This document shows, piece by piece, positions 37,701 to 49,358 of a stretch of 64,000 bases of DNA. Each line of letters opens with the position of its first letter. Positions within the stretch are counted from its first letter, which is position 1. Both the position numbers and the translations under genes were made by a program. Source of the stretch: Podarcis tiliguerta (Eukaryota); the NCBI GenBank assembly GCA_965153285.1, contig OZ229115.1. One strand, 5' to 3'. The notes beneath the pieces are model-generated. The model was given only the letters and a program-made list of their open reading frames with translations. It did no database searches and was not told where the DNA came from.

Positions 37701-39986
37701 GTCCCTTCCTATGGTTCTATGAAACAAACAGTGAATGGAAGGGCATACTCAAAGGGTGTAGTCTGTCATTTATCTCAGTATCTTTCATTCAGCGGCTGAT
37801 GGGTTTTTCTTCCCTGACAGGCGATGGGGCGTATGCTTCACATATGGCACCTGGTTTGGACTAGAGGCATTTGCATGTATGGGATACATCTACCGTGGTG
37901 GGTGAGTAAGCAGCCTTTCGGGCAGAAGATTAGTATGAATGTTGCTCTGCTGGGAGCCCTTGATGGAGCTGAGCTTCAGGGGGGGGGGGGTGAAGTGGAG
38001 AGACCGTCAGGCTCCTCCACCCAAAATATCAAAGGCAGGGGAGTCATGTGCATATAATATTGATGCTTTGGATGCAGTCAAAGCCAACAGTGGAACAAAA
38101 CCCAATGAGGCATCTCATGGGCTATTTTTCTCTTTCCCCTCTCATCTTTTCTAGGGAGGCATGCAAGGAGGTGACCAAAGCCTGTGAATTCTTAGTCTCC
38201 AAGCAAATGGAAGACGGTGGCTGGGGAGAAGAATTTGAATCCTACAGGTTTCGCAAATATATTCAGCACACTGTTTCCCAGATCCACCAAACCTCCTGGG
38301 CTCTGTTGGGGCTGATGGCTGTTAGGTAAGCACAGAAGCTGGCAGTTACCTACCTTAGCAAAGGCTTCTGTCTGCTTTTGCCCAAGTGGTTTCTGCAGCA
38401 GCTAGACAAACCAATTAAGGCGTGCTAAAGAAACATGCTAACTTTTGTGAACTTGCAAAGGACAGAATTTTCCTGCAGCTTCATATGTAGATGTTCCCAG
38501 GTGCTTCTTAGTCCAAACAATTGAAATAATGCCAAACAAAGAGGCAGTTAAGGCTGTCTTAAGGACTGGGATGGAGGCCTCACAATTTAATTTCTTTAGC
38601 TGCTTCACTTTTTTGAACTTGTGTGAAGGACTCATGCACTTACAGGTCTTTCCACTAGGGGGACCCATTGAGTTTCTGTGAGCCCATGAGGGTTTCTTTC
38701 TTTTAAAAAGAAAATGTAGTCATATAAGCTCCCCAGAAGAAAATGTTAGGCTTTCCCTGCTGATAACAGAACTAATGACCAGTATTTTTGTGGCTTTGCA
38801 GATATCCTGATGTTCGGGTTCTGGAAAGAGGAATACAAGTTTTGATTGACAGACAGACATCGATTGGGGAGTGGCCTCAGGTGTGTTACAACTTTTAATT
38901 TCTTTTCTTAATCAAGTATCCTCATAGCAATATAATTTCAAGGTTCACAGAAACAGTATATTTCAGCCAGCTGTGAAATGGATCATGTCCTCCAAATATA
39001 TGTAAAATGAATGAATGAACGCAGAGCATTTCCCACCAAGTACTGAGAGTGGGGGTGGCTAAGTTGTTGCCTTCCAGCCTACACAGGCAATAGACAGGGA
39101 TGATGGGAGTTGCAATTCAGCAATATTTGGAGGACCAAAGGTTATCCACCCCTCACTTACTAAATGAGGCAGATCAGAATGTACTCTCATTGGCATTGTT
39201 GCTGTTATAAAGATGCTTCTCATAGATGGCTGCAATGTATTGTGGACACACATGGTCACTTGTGTGGCATTGGCAGGTGAGATCTTACAAGTGCTGCCCA
39301 TGTTCTCCCTCTATTGGACACTCTGATGTTCCTGTGGGAAGTATTCTGTTGCCTTAGGCACCCAAGTGATTCATGTACCTGTCTTGTTACTGCTGTGGCA
39401 TCAAAATGTGCCCTCAGGATTGAGTTTGTGTGGCATCAGAGCACAGGGCACAGCTGGCCCTACTGTTACATAAATGTGGCAAGTCAGAGGGATGCTTTTA
39501 AAAAGCCATAGACTGCCAGTTAATTATTTTATCTTTTAATCATGGAACCATTTGGATATTCTGCCTGAGATGCTACAATGTCTTTAGTCTCCTTTCCTAC
39601 ATTTTAATTGGCTCTGGTCTCTCATTCCTGCTTCCAGAGTCTTGTTTGCCAGCCAAAAGCTCAGTGATACTGTATGTGACAGTTGCTCTTGAAAGAGGTT
39701 GCAGTGATCATACAACCGGCTTCTCAAATGGAATTTAGTCACCATGAAGTCAGGACAGAAGACTGCATGTAGGTTGTTCAGGAATTTCTCTCTTGCCTCT
39801 CCTCAGGGTGACATCGCTACAGCGTTCTACAAAGCTGGTACTCTGCATTACAATGCCTACCGAATCATCTTCCCTATCTTTGCACTTGCCCGCTTCACCC
39901 GGCTATATCCCAGCAGCCCTGTCGCTAAAGGACTCCTGAAGAATGGTTCTGTGCATTCAGCGCAGAGTCAGAATGGAGGGTGCTGA
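20878..39986 (+). CDS. LSS-like: Oxidosqualene cyclase / lanosterol synthase-like, copy A (complete, 22 coding exons, 748 aa)
   Basis: Exons: 20878-20891, 22984-23152, 24331-24469, 25634-25742, 26563-26684, 27524-27620, 28050-28185 (GC donor), 29079-29187, 30303-30421, 30682-30779, 31348-31375, 32176-32229, 32612-32683, 33656-33706, 33953-34102, 34965-35061, 35724-35829, 36408-36473, 37821-37901, 38155-38325, 38802-38880, 39807-39986. Total 2247 nt, open frame from MSDGTCLRRR to QNGGC*. QW motifs (QAEDGHW, QLPDGGW, QKADGSW, QMEDGGW), YWCHAR, and catalytic WIVSDCTAE (D codon 33998-34000). Exon sizes and phases follow recalled human LSS except exon 2 (+3 nt), exon 12 (-3 nt) and a longer last exon. 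Confidence 0.95.
21085..21480 (-). mobile_element. L1-like 3' fragment in copy A intron 1
   Basis: Antisense T-rich tail and L1-like composition; absent from the homologous intron of copy C. Confidence 0.45.
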
Positions 39987-40802
39987 GCAGAGGAGCAGTG
40001 TCATTCCTGAGAGCTTGGGTTTCATCCTTCTCAACATCACCCAGTGCTTTTCTCTCTTGGCTGATATTCCCCTTGTAGCACGATTGCACTTTGAAATGCA
40101 CAAACATGCCCAAAAGAAAGTGGACAAAGAGGCACGTTAGCTTAATTTTCTGGTAGCGATTTGCACCACTTCAAATCCCTCACTGGCAGCAGAAATTTAG
40201 AAAAGGCTTTGCCCACTGAGCGATTCATAACCACGATCCACATTCCTACACAAAGCAAAATACAGCTGAAATTTGTGTTCTTGAGGAGGAATAACAGAGG
40301 GTGTGGAAAATTCAAGATATGTTGCTCTCCCTTTAATAGGTGGATTCAGTGGGGATACCGTTAGGCAACATTTTGAAGGTACAGGATATTCCCCACCCTC
40401 CACTGTGAATGAAGCCCAGCGTCTCTGGGTTATTTGTGGGGCCTGCCTGGTGCTCGTTCATTCCCGCCCCCCCAAAATATTGTCCAGCCCACCACATGGT
40501 CTGAGGGATGGTGGACCGGCCCACAGCTGAAAAAGGTTGCTGACCCCTGTGCTAAGTATTTGGCCCCCTTATTGTAGGAGGGGATTTATCACACTGACTC
40601 TTCCAAGGGGTCTTTTGTGCTGAATAATTGTAGTGGAGAATGTGGCAAGATTTTTGAGTGATGCCATGAAATGACGTTACCATAGGTCCTAAGAGCCATT
40701 TTTGTACCTCATAATGTCTGGACAGTTTTATGCTAAATTATCTCCTACTATGTTTTGTTCTCTGTGTTATGTTCCATGTATACAATGCACTTTTTCTATG
40801 CC

Positions 40803-40808
40803 AATAAA
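40803..40808 (+). terminator. Candidate polyadenylation signal of OSC copy A
   Basis: AATAAA about 820 nt after the stop codon. Confidence 0.45.
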
Positions 40809-41787
40809 GGAGATTGATTGTTTGCATCAAAATCCAAAAAAAAGTGTACATGTTCACAGGGGGAATAGTGATTCAGAAATCTGAAATCAAGTATTTCATA
40901 GCAAGAGATAATCAATTCCTAGTAGGTTTTCCTACTAGGTTCATGGATGCCCAGCGCAGGGTCTCAGCATGAGACAGTAATGTTCAAACGGGGAGACAGC
41001 CCTGTAGATCTTTGAATAAGATTAATTCCTCAAAAAAGTAATGTTTAGACTGCATTGACAGCACTGAGCAAACGGGATACCTGACAGTGATTAATAGTGG
41101 GAATACAACTCATTGCAAACTAACCAGTGTGGCTTTACCCCCAGATTAAAACATTCTGGCATGAAGCATACAATACTGGTTCTATCAACCTAAAGCATTT
41201 GTCTTGCAATCACCTCTTAATCTGAAGCTGTATGAGTGTAGGATGGGTTCTCCCAATACTTAATAGTGAGCTGATCTCTAGAAATGCTTTGATCTCTAGA
41301 AAGGCTTCTAACAGCAGAACACTGTGGCAGTGGAGCAAGGGATAAAGTTACTTGTTCTTCTGGTTTGCTGCGGGGCCAGATTTCCCAGATTTTTCTTTTA
41401 CCCTTGCACTCTCCTAGCCAAGTTTTAAGATACAGGTAAATACATTTTCATGGATCGCAAGTGCTTGGCAGCTTGCAGAAAGTGCCATCACTTCAGAAAG
41501 GCACTCTCACAATTTCTGCATATGATACAATTCTCTTCCTTCCCTTATGTGGATATAGTCTCCATTTTGGGAAATCTTCATGTTAGGTTGTGTAAGCATT
41601 CATAGTGCACTAGGGTAGATGGTTCAGATAGCATAGCTAAGAGTTCGACCTTGAACAAATCTATACACACATCTTTGGGGGAAGCGATTTTACTCATGAT
41701 AGATTTTTATCTTCAGAACCAGTCCATAGGCATGCTTTTATTTACTACAGTAACCGTCCTGATCCTTGTAAAATTATTCTTGCTGTG

Positions 41788-44700
41788 ATTGGTTAGGTCA
41801 GTCTTTATATAACCTTCAAGTATTTTATTGGGAGCGTAAATATTTTAGAAATTCTGGAACGTCCAAGGCAGGAACTCTAGCCCAGAGTCCAAGAGTTCAG
41901 TGTCCTATTCAGTGTCCTGTGTGCCTGTCTAGCAACATCTAAAATATAACCAGAACAATCCGAGACAGTCTTCTTCAACCCAAGATGATGTCTGATGGGA
42001 CGTAAGTACATTGTGTGCAATCTATATGCTATGATGGATATGCTAGGCAGAGGCATAGCAAGGTCAGGTGGTACCCGGGGTGGAATTTTTGTTGTCACCC
42101 CCCAAAAAAAGAACTACTTCCAACCTCCACCGTCAGTGGCGGTTTAATTCATTATTATTTATCTGCTGCAGATACTGATACCTATTTTCAACTTTCCCTC
42201 CTCTCTCTCAGTTTTGCAAAACGTTTATCAGTTTTTACAGTTCCTTGCAGAAGTGTTTTATCAAGCACTTTTCTTTTCTCTGATTTTATATCATGCACTT
42301 GTACACGCACATACAACTTTCATAGCAGTGTTAGAAAGGGGTCACATGAGCAGATTTTACATGTCTTGCAGTCCACTTTTATGCATGTCAGCTTGAAAAT
42401 AAATTTCACTTAGATAACGTGGCTTATTTATTTATTTATTTATTTATTGAATTTATATACCGCCCTATACTCTGATGTCTCAGGGCGGTTCACAGAACAA
42501 AATCACTTCTTGACTTAGTCCCAAGTGTGCATAGGAGACCAACTTTAAAATAAATTTTGAAAAAGCACCAGCAGGACACACCGTGGGGTGGGGGCTGGGA
42601 GGTGAAAAACTAGGAGGAGGAGGTGAAAAACTAGGTGAGGAGGAGGTAGGCCTTTCATAGGGCCTTACATGCATGCATATCAAAGAGGATTCAGAGCAAG
42701 AAGCCAAAGTATGACCATAATTTTTTTTATATCTTGTGAGCACATGAGGAACAAGATTTACCACCACAGCAGGTAAGTCTGTGTGTTCCAGTAGTGGCTG
42801 GCACCTGTTGGGACTGATAGGGTGGAAGGGAGGGAGCCCAGCAGCGCGGCACCAGAGCAAATGACAGGCAGAGCCAACTAATTCTAGTTTTGCCTTCATC
42901 CTCCTTCCCTGCTGAGTTTCACAAGAGACTAACGAAAGGAAGCTGGCACAACCAAGGCCACCCTCTGCACTGGATATTTGTAAGAAGGCAGGCAGGTGGG
43001 TGCTGGCTGATGTTGGTGGAGCACTGCCCCATTCAACCTGACACACCAACTTCCATTGCCAGTGTGTACTTGGTCTCCAGCAAGCAGAAGACCAGTTGAA
43101 TGTTCCTCTTCTGCTCCCTCGCCCTCCCCACCACTCCATTTTGCCTGAATGGCAGCAGAGATCAATCCGCTGGCAAGAGATGCCCATGTGTTCTATGGCA
43201 CAAAACCACTTCCTTTTGATCTCTAGAAATGTAACCCAAGATACCACTGTAGAAACAAAGACAAGTGTGCAAGGTGAATAGGTCAATCTACTGGAAATAC
43301 TGAAGTACCCAAGCCTGCAATTCTTACCTTTGGAAAGGGAGTTGGGCTTCATGATCTTCTGGTCCCTCCTATCCTATGGTTTTCTGATCTGAGAGCTTAG
43401 TCATGTTCTCCTAGAAAACAGCCACTGTCTTGCTCTCGATGATCAGTCTTCAATATACTGTGCCTGATACTCATTTCCACAATGCACAGATGATACATTT
43501 GCATGAGGCATTTTGATGTGTGTGAAAATACAGAGAAAGGCCTCTGACTGACTGCTGGATTTCTGAACTGCTGTGATCTCCCATTGATGTGAAGCATTGT
43601 GAGATGCTTGCAGCTGTAGATTTCAACTGAGGAATCATGGTGTGGTTGTAAAACATTATTTTGGAACGGTCTCTCACAGCAAAACCACCCATTACATCAA
43701 ACAACTTATTGTATTTAGCATGACTGTTATTTTTAACCAAAACAACAAGCGCAATCAGGATGAGCATTGTGGTAGCTGGAGAAGAGGAAGTTGCTTCTTT
43801 CCCAGCTTGCTGGTATCTCCAGGCAAATACAAGTAGCAGCTGGTAAGGGGCAGCATTTCATTGTGACTGCTTCTGGGAGAAGAAGTGTTAAATGACACCT
43901 CCCCATCTGCCATGGTTCCAATCCTGACTACCCTTTCCTGTTATATTTATTTTTAAATGACCGATCAGATGCATTAAATGTAACAGGACATTTAACACAT
44001 TGCATACCTTGTGTTGTAGATAGTGTTTTTAGTGTTTGTACATTTCTCTTAGTCTCCCTATTTTGTTTTACAGAGCAAGTTCTTTCCAGACTTGCCCAAA
44101 GCCAACACGGCTCAGGAAGCACTCCAGAAAGCAATTAAATTCTTCTCTGGCCTGCAAGCGGAAGATGGCCACTGGGCCATGGAGTGCTCTGGTGTCCTCT
44201 CCCTTGTGCCAGGTACAGGAACACCAGCATATTTACTACTTATATATTAACTGGCTAAGAAGGAACTCCTTGTATATTTTCTATAAAGCCGTTTATCTTT
44301 TTTTACCGGATAGACTAGGCACAAATAGTTGGACATTTGGAGAAACCTCTGAAACTGCTTAAACTAGTTTTGACTGTACCAAGCTTTGCATCAAAATAAC
44401 TACCGGTACCTTATCCCACTGGTCCATTCAACTGATAGCAACCCTCTGTGGTTTCCACAGCTCTATGTGGAGATGCCCAGGAACGAACTTGGGATTTTCT
44501 GCAACAAAGCAAAAGTTATCATTCTTTCCAATGAAGGCAGAATAATCTAGAAGAATAGACCTGTGAGTCTTTAGCTATGAAAGGATAAAAGAGATCTTAC
44601 CTGTGACCTTACAGCTAAATAGGTTTTTCTCTTCTTGGGTAAGCAGAGATGTTTATCTTATTCAAGCCAGTTCAGACTGCCTTTGGTCACATTTTTGGAA

Positions 44701-45860
44701 TATTCTCGAGTCTCAGAATTGCCACTAGTTAATGTTTTATCCTTTAAACAAAACAATTCACCCCTGTTTAGGAAAACTAAGCCTTTCTCACAAAGCAGAA
44801 TATATTTTCAGTACATTCTGAACAGGGGGATAATCCATTGAATTCATTGGGCAGGATATTGTCCATTGTTGGCATCACATAGGGGATGTGTGTGTTTTTA
44901 ATTTTTACTCTCAGTCTGAATTATCTATTGTTTTTATGGATAATTTTAATATTTCTTGTAAACCACTTAGAAGTTTTACTACATTGAATTGGTAAACAAA
45001 CAAATAAACAAATATATAAATATATAAATGTGATTGGCATGAAGATTGAGATGAGAGAGAGGCCTTATTAGCACGATTGGAAACAACTCAAGAATTGAAA
45101 CACAGGCATGTTTTGAAATTCACTCTTCGCTGAATTTTGTAGTGTAGTTCTCATGCCAAGTAATGTGTCCAGCTGCATATTCTAGACTAAGGTGTGCATA
45201 TAAATGCATTTATTCATGAAAATAACATCAGAAATGCATAGTATCAGGAAAATTGCTTTGCAAAAATGTGTATATTAGGATGGTGAATTTTCATGAGGAG
45301 TTTTCTTAAAAATCACAAACTGATGTGAAAAGGTGAACTGAACTTTGAAATGAAGAAGTGAGAGGAGCTGAATTCAGGGTCAGGTTTGTCCCGTGGCATC
45401 TCCTGATAGGACTGGGTAAGACCTCTCTGAATCCCAAGATGGACCAGAGAAGCCTGGCACCTGCAGTTCAGTAGTTCACCACACAGGGGAAGTGCATATA
45501 CCTCCAGGCAATCTCTGTAAGTAGCTTCTCACATTGAAAATTGCAGGTACAAATTATGCACCTTCAAGTAAAGTGACAGAAGCGATGATCTTTTGCCTAA
45601 ACTTGCTGGATGATGAAATATTATTATCCTTGACCTTTTTCTTCTGTTTCAAGGTGATAAGAAAACCCAATAGTGATACAGAAGCACAATATAATTTTTC
45701 ATATCCAAACAGGTGATTTAGTGGCAAATCAAACCAAAGATGAGATAGTCAAGTATTATAAATTGTTCTTTTTCTTTTTTTAATCAAACAGGTCTTTTGA
45801 TGGCATGCTATATTGCCAGGATATCATTGCCACAAGAGGTCAAGAGAGAGTTCCTGCGCT
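41788..45860 (+). pseudogene. Truncated OSC/LSS-like copy B
   Basis: Promoter block (ATTGG 41788, TATATAA 41806-41812). Exon 1 ATG at 41988 (extra in-frame ATG at 41985), ending 42001 with a GTAAGT donor. No exon 2: 42030-43280 is unrelated sequence and intron-2 homology resumes near 43280. Exon 3 44074-44212 is intact ([46 protein letters not shown]). Exon 4 starts at 45792 (GLLMACYIARISLPQEVKREFLR) and breaks off near 45860. Confidence 0.88.
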
Positions 45861-46564
45861 TTGTCTCTCTGTTGTCAATAACTTTCTGGTTCTAAACCTT
45901 TTCCCACTGAAGTCTGTCACACTGTTGTTCTCCATGCTGGTGATTCTTCTCCAAAGCTTGCTTCACTGTTACTTGCACAATACAGTATACATTTTTCAAA
46001 ACCTGATCAGTCATATATTTCAGGTTTGTTTTTTCGTTATCTGATCAGGCATAATAGCAGTGAGATTTTTTTTCTTCAAATTGAGGAAGCCTGGTAGCTG
46101 TAGGATAGAGTTAGTTTTGGTAATATGGGGAAGTTTTACTAGTTCCTTCTGTTTCTTTCTTCCTTAAGCACTGGGTGGTTTCCTCAGGGCAACAACATGG
46201 GGGTGGGGGAAGGTCGTGGATGGTAGCAAAATTGACCTTCCTTCACTGAGTGGGCATTCGCAGGCTATCCTAGGGTAAGTGTGGCAAATTCAGTTATGTG
46301 CAGTCATTAGGGCTATTGTTTTTGTTCCAATGTGCTTCATTTTACATCAAGGGTTGACAACATTTTGGGGCCCATGATCACTTTTGAATTTTGAAAGCGT
46401 GTCATGGGTACCACTCTCCCTGATTGCTTCTCCCTTCGCCAGTCATTCCTCTTCCCAAAGACAAGGCCCAGATTAATTTGCTGCTGGTTAACCTTTGGGT
46501 ACTTAAACAATCAATGGCTTTTAAACTGTGGTGTGTGTTGGGGTATTGTTTTTGTTTGCTACTA

Positions 46565-46569
<5 letters not shown>

Positions 46570-46604
<35 letters not shown>
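46570..46604. repeat. (TG)n microsatellite
   Basis: Direct inspection. Confidence 0.9.
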
Positions 46605-46606
<2 letters not shown>

Positions 46607-49149
46607 CTATCTATCTGTCTATGTGATATGTTATATATGAGTATAGCAAGATAGTTTGAAATAATGTCTGTGTCATAATTAATGTAATTACTGACATACT
46701 GTAATAAATAGCCCCTGAAGATTTGGAGTATGAACCAATGAGCAATAGGCATGTATATTCCTAATAAATCCTGCCTTATATAACATAGTATGAAATTACT
46801 ATGTCCCAAGTGAATGACCAATAGCTTTGGATAAATGAGCAACAACAACAAAACTCCTGGCTTTCCAAATTCTTCACAGAACTGTTCTGGTCTTTGGACA
46901 CAAAATTCTTGTTTTCCTTGCTTTTAGACTAAAGGCTGTCAGTCATGCATGAGCAAAAAGGGGTAGGAGTGTGACAATTGAATTCATCTGGGATTTGTGT
47001 ATAAAGGCTAAGTCTTCTGTAAAGATTTGAAGAGGTAGGATTGTGCAGTGGAGCATAGTGATTAAAGTTATTTGAAGGCATCCACCTGTCTTGAAAGAAG
47101 ATGGAAGAGTGCGCCATTGGGGGTAAAGTCAAACTGTTGGAGAGGTATAGTGCCTGCCATGGCTGTAGAGACCAATATGGGAGAGATATGTTTTATTGCA
47201 GAAGATATCTGGCTTCGCTGGTGCAGATGCAACATGGTGTTTTGTCTATCTTCAGTTTATCTGAACAGTAATACATCAGGGTAGAACCAATTCAGAGAAA
47301 GTTTTCTTATTAGTAGGAACACAGTGTTGGGTGTCAACATGGGAGAGCCATATTCAAGTGCAGATTCACCCAAAGTTGCATGGATGACTTTGGCCAGACA
47401 GTGCTTCTCAGTTAAATCCACACCACCAGGTTATGGTGAGGACAAATGAGATATGAATTCGGATTCCCTTTGTAGCTCTCTGTCTTTTCCACCTCGGCTA
47501 CATACGCACCACACATTCAGAACATCCTCCCCAAAGAATCCTAGGAACACTTAACAAAAGCATCTCCCAAGATCCTTTGGGAGAGGGAAATGTGCTTTAA
47601 ATGTTCACTTGAGGATTATTCCACAGAGTCAACTCTACATGGAAGAATAGGGCTGTATCCACATCATAAGGAACATGCAGCCCCATTCTTCCATGAAGAG
47701 TTGGCTCTGTAGAAGAATCCTCAAGTGGACAATTGCAACAGAATGGCATGTGAAGAAAATGGGGGAATTAAGAAATCAATAAATTGAAACAGCAGATTCA
47801 CATGAGTGACAATATTCAAACATTTAGCCAGCTGTAGAAGCATATAATTGCTTTGCGGAAGCAATCTGGCAATACACCCATCTTTGGCATCTCTTTTGAC
47901 TTCTGTTTTGGCCATGATACATTCAGAACAGCACAGTATAAAAAACTCTTTTATGAATTCCCTGTGCTACAGTGGTTACAATGAAATAAAAGCCAAAGCC
48001 AAGCCTAGATTATTTACTCAGTATAGCATATATAGAAATGGACAGAACTACACCTAAATCAGTGATTATTTACATCAGAATTGAATAAAAGTGTGCATGT
48101 GTGCAGGGGAAATAGTGATTCAGAAATCTGAAATCAAACATTTTGAAGCAAGAGATAATTCCTAGTAGGTTTTCCTTATGTTCATGGATGCACAGTGCAG
48201 GGTCTCAGCATGAGACAGTGATGTTCAAATGGCGACTCAACCCTGTAGATCTTTGACTAAGATTAATCCCTCATAAGAGTAATGTTTAGACTGTATTGAC
48301 AGCACAGGGGCAATGGGATTTCTGAGAGTGATTGATCCTGGGGATACAATGCATTGCAAACCAACCAGTTTGGCTTTACCCCTGAATTAAAGCATTCTGG
48401 CATGAAGGAGATAAAACCGGTTCTATCAACCTAATACATTTATCTGTCAATCATCTCTTAATCTGAGGCGGTATAACTTTGGGTGGGTTCTTTAGTGAGC
48501 TGATATTTAGAAATGCTTTGGTGGTTGATGCAACTGCGGACCTCAAAAAAAGCTCTTAACAGCAGAGCACTGTGGCAGTGGAGCAAAGGATAAAGTTATC
48601 TGTTCTTCTAGAGTTAGTTTTGGCAATATGGGGAAGCTTTACTAGTTCCTTCTGTTTCTTCCTTAAGCACTGGGTGGTTTCCTCAGGGCAACAACATGGG
48701 GGTGGGGGAAAGGCGTGGATGGTAGCAAAATAGACCTGCACTGAGTGAGCATTTTCAGGCTATCCTACGGTAAATGTGGCAAATTCAGTTATGTTCAGTC
48801 ATTGTTCAGTCACCATCACTGCAAAAGAGGCACTTTCACAATTTCTACGTATGATACAATTTGCTTCCTTCCCATATGTGGATGTTGTCTTCATTTTTGG
48901 AAATCTTCATGTTATGTTGTATTAGCATTCATAGGACACTAGGGTAGAAGGATCAGATAGCATAGCTAAGAGACTGGCCTTGAAGAAATCTCAACTCACA
49001 TCCTTTGGGGAAGTTATTTTACTCATGGTAGATTTTTATCTCCAGAACCAGTCTGTGCAATGCATCAAAGATAGCCTTTGTAATTGTGGGTGTGCCTTTC
49101 ATTGATTACATTAACACTCCTGATCCCACCCTGTAAAATTATTCTTGGT

Positions 49150-49176
49150 ATGATGGTTGGGTCAGTCTTTATATAA
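49150..49176 (+). promoter_or_regulatory. Core promoter of OSC copy C
   Basis: TATATAA 49170-49176 in the block homologous to copies A and B. The ATTGG is mutated (tgatggttgg) and the half-site reads GGGTCA. Confidence 0.55.
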
Positions 49177-49358
49177 CCTTCAAGTATTTTACTGGATGTG
49201 AGCCTGAATGTTTTAGGAATTGTGGACCTTCAGAGGCAGGAACTCTAGTCCAGAGTCCAAGAGTTCAGTGTCCTATTCAGTGTCCTGCGTGCCTGAAGCC
49301 TTGCACCATCTAAAATATAACCAGAACAATCTGAGGCAGTCTTCATCAACCCAAGAAA

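Noticed and set aside
39930-39986. C-terminal extension ending NGGC as a prenylation signal
   Set aside because: The Cys is the last residue; it does not fit CaaX, CC or CXC motifs.
42480-43352. 290-aa minus-strand ORF
   Set aside because: No recognisable domain; it spans repeat-like and low-complexity sequence that replaced exon 2 of copy B, so it is likely a chance ORF.
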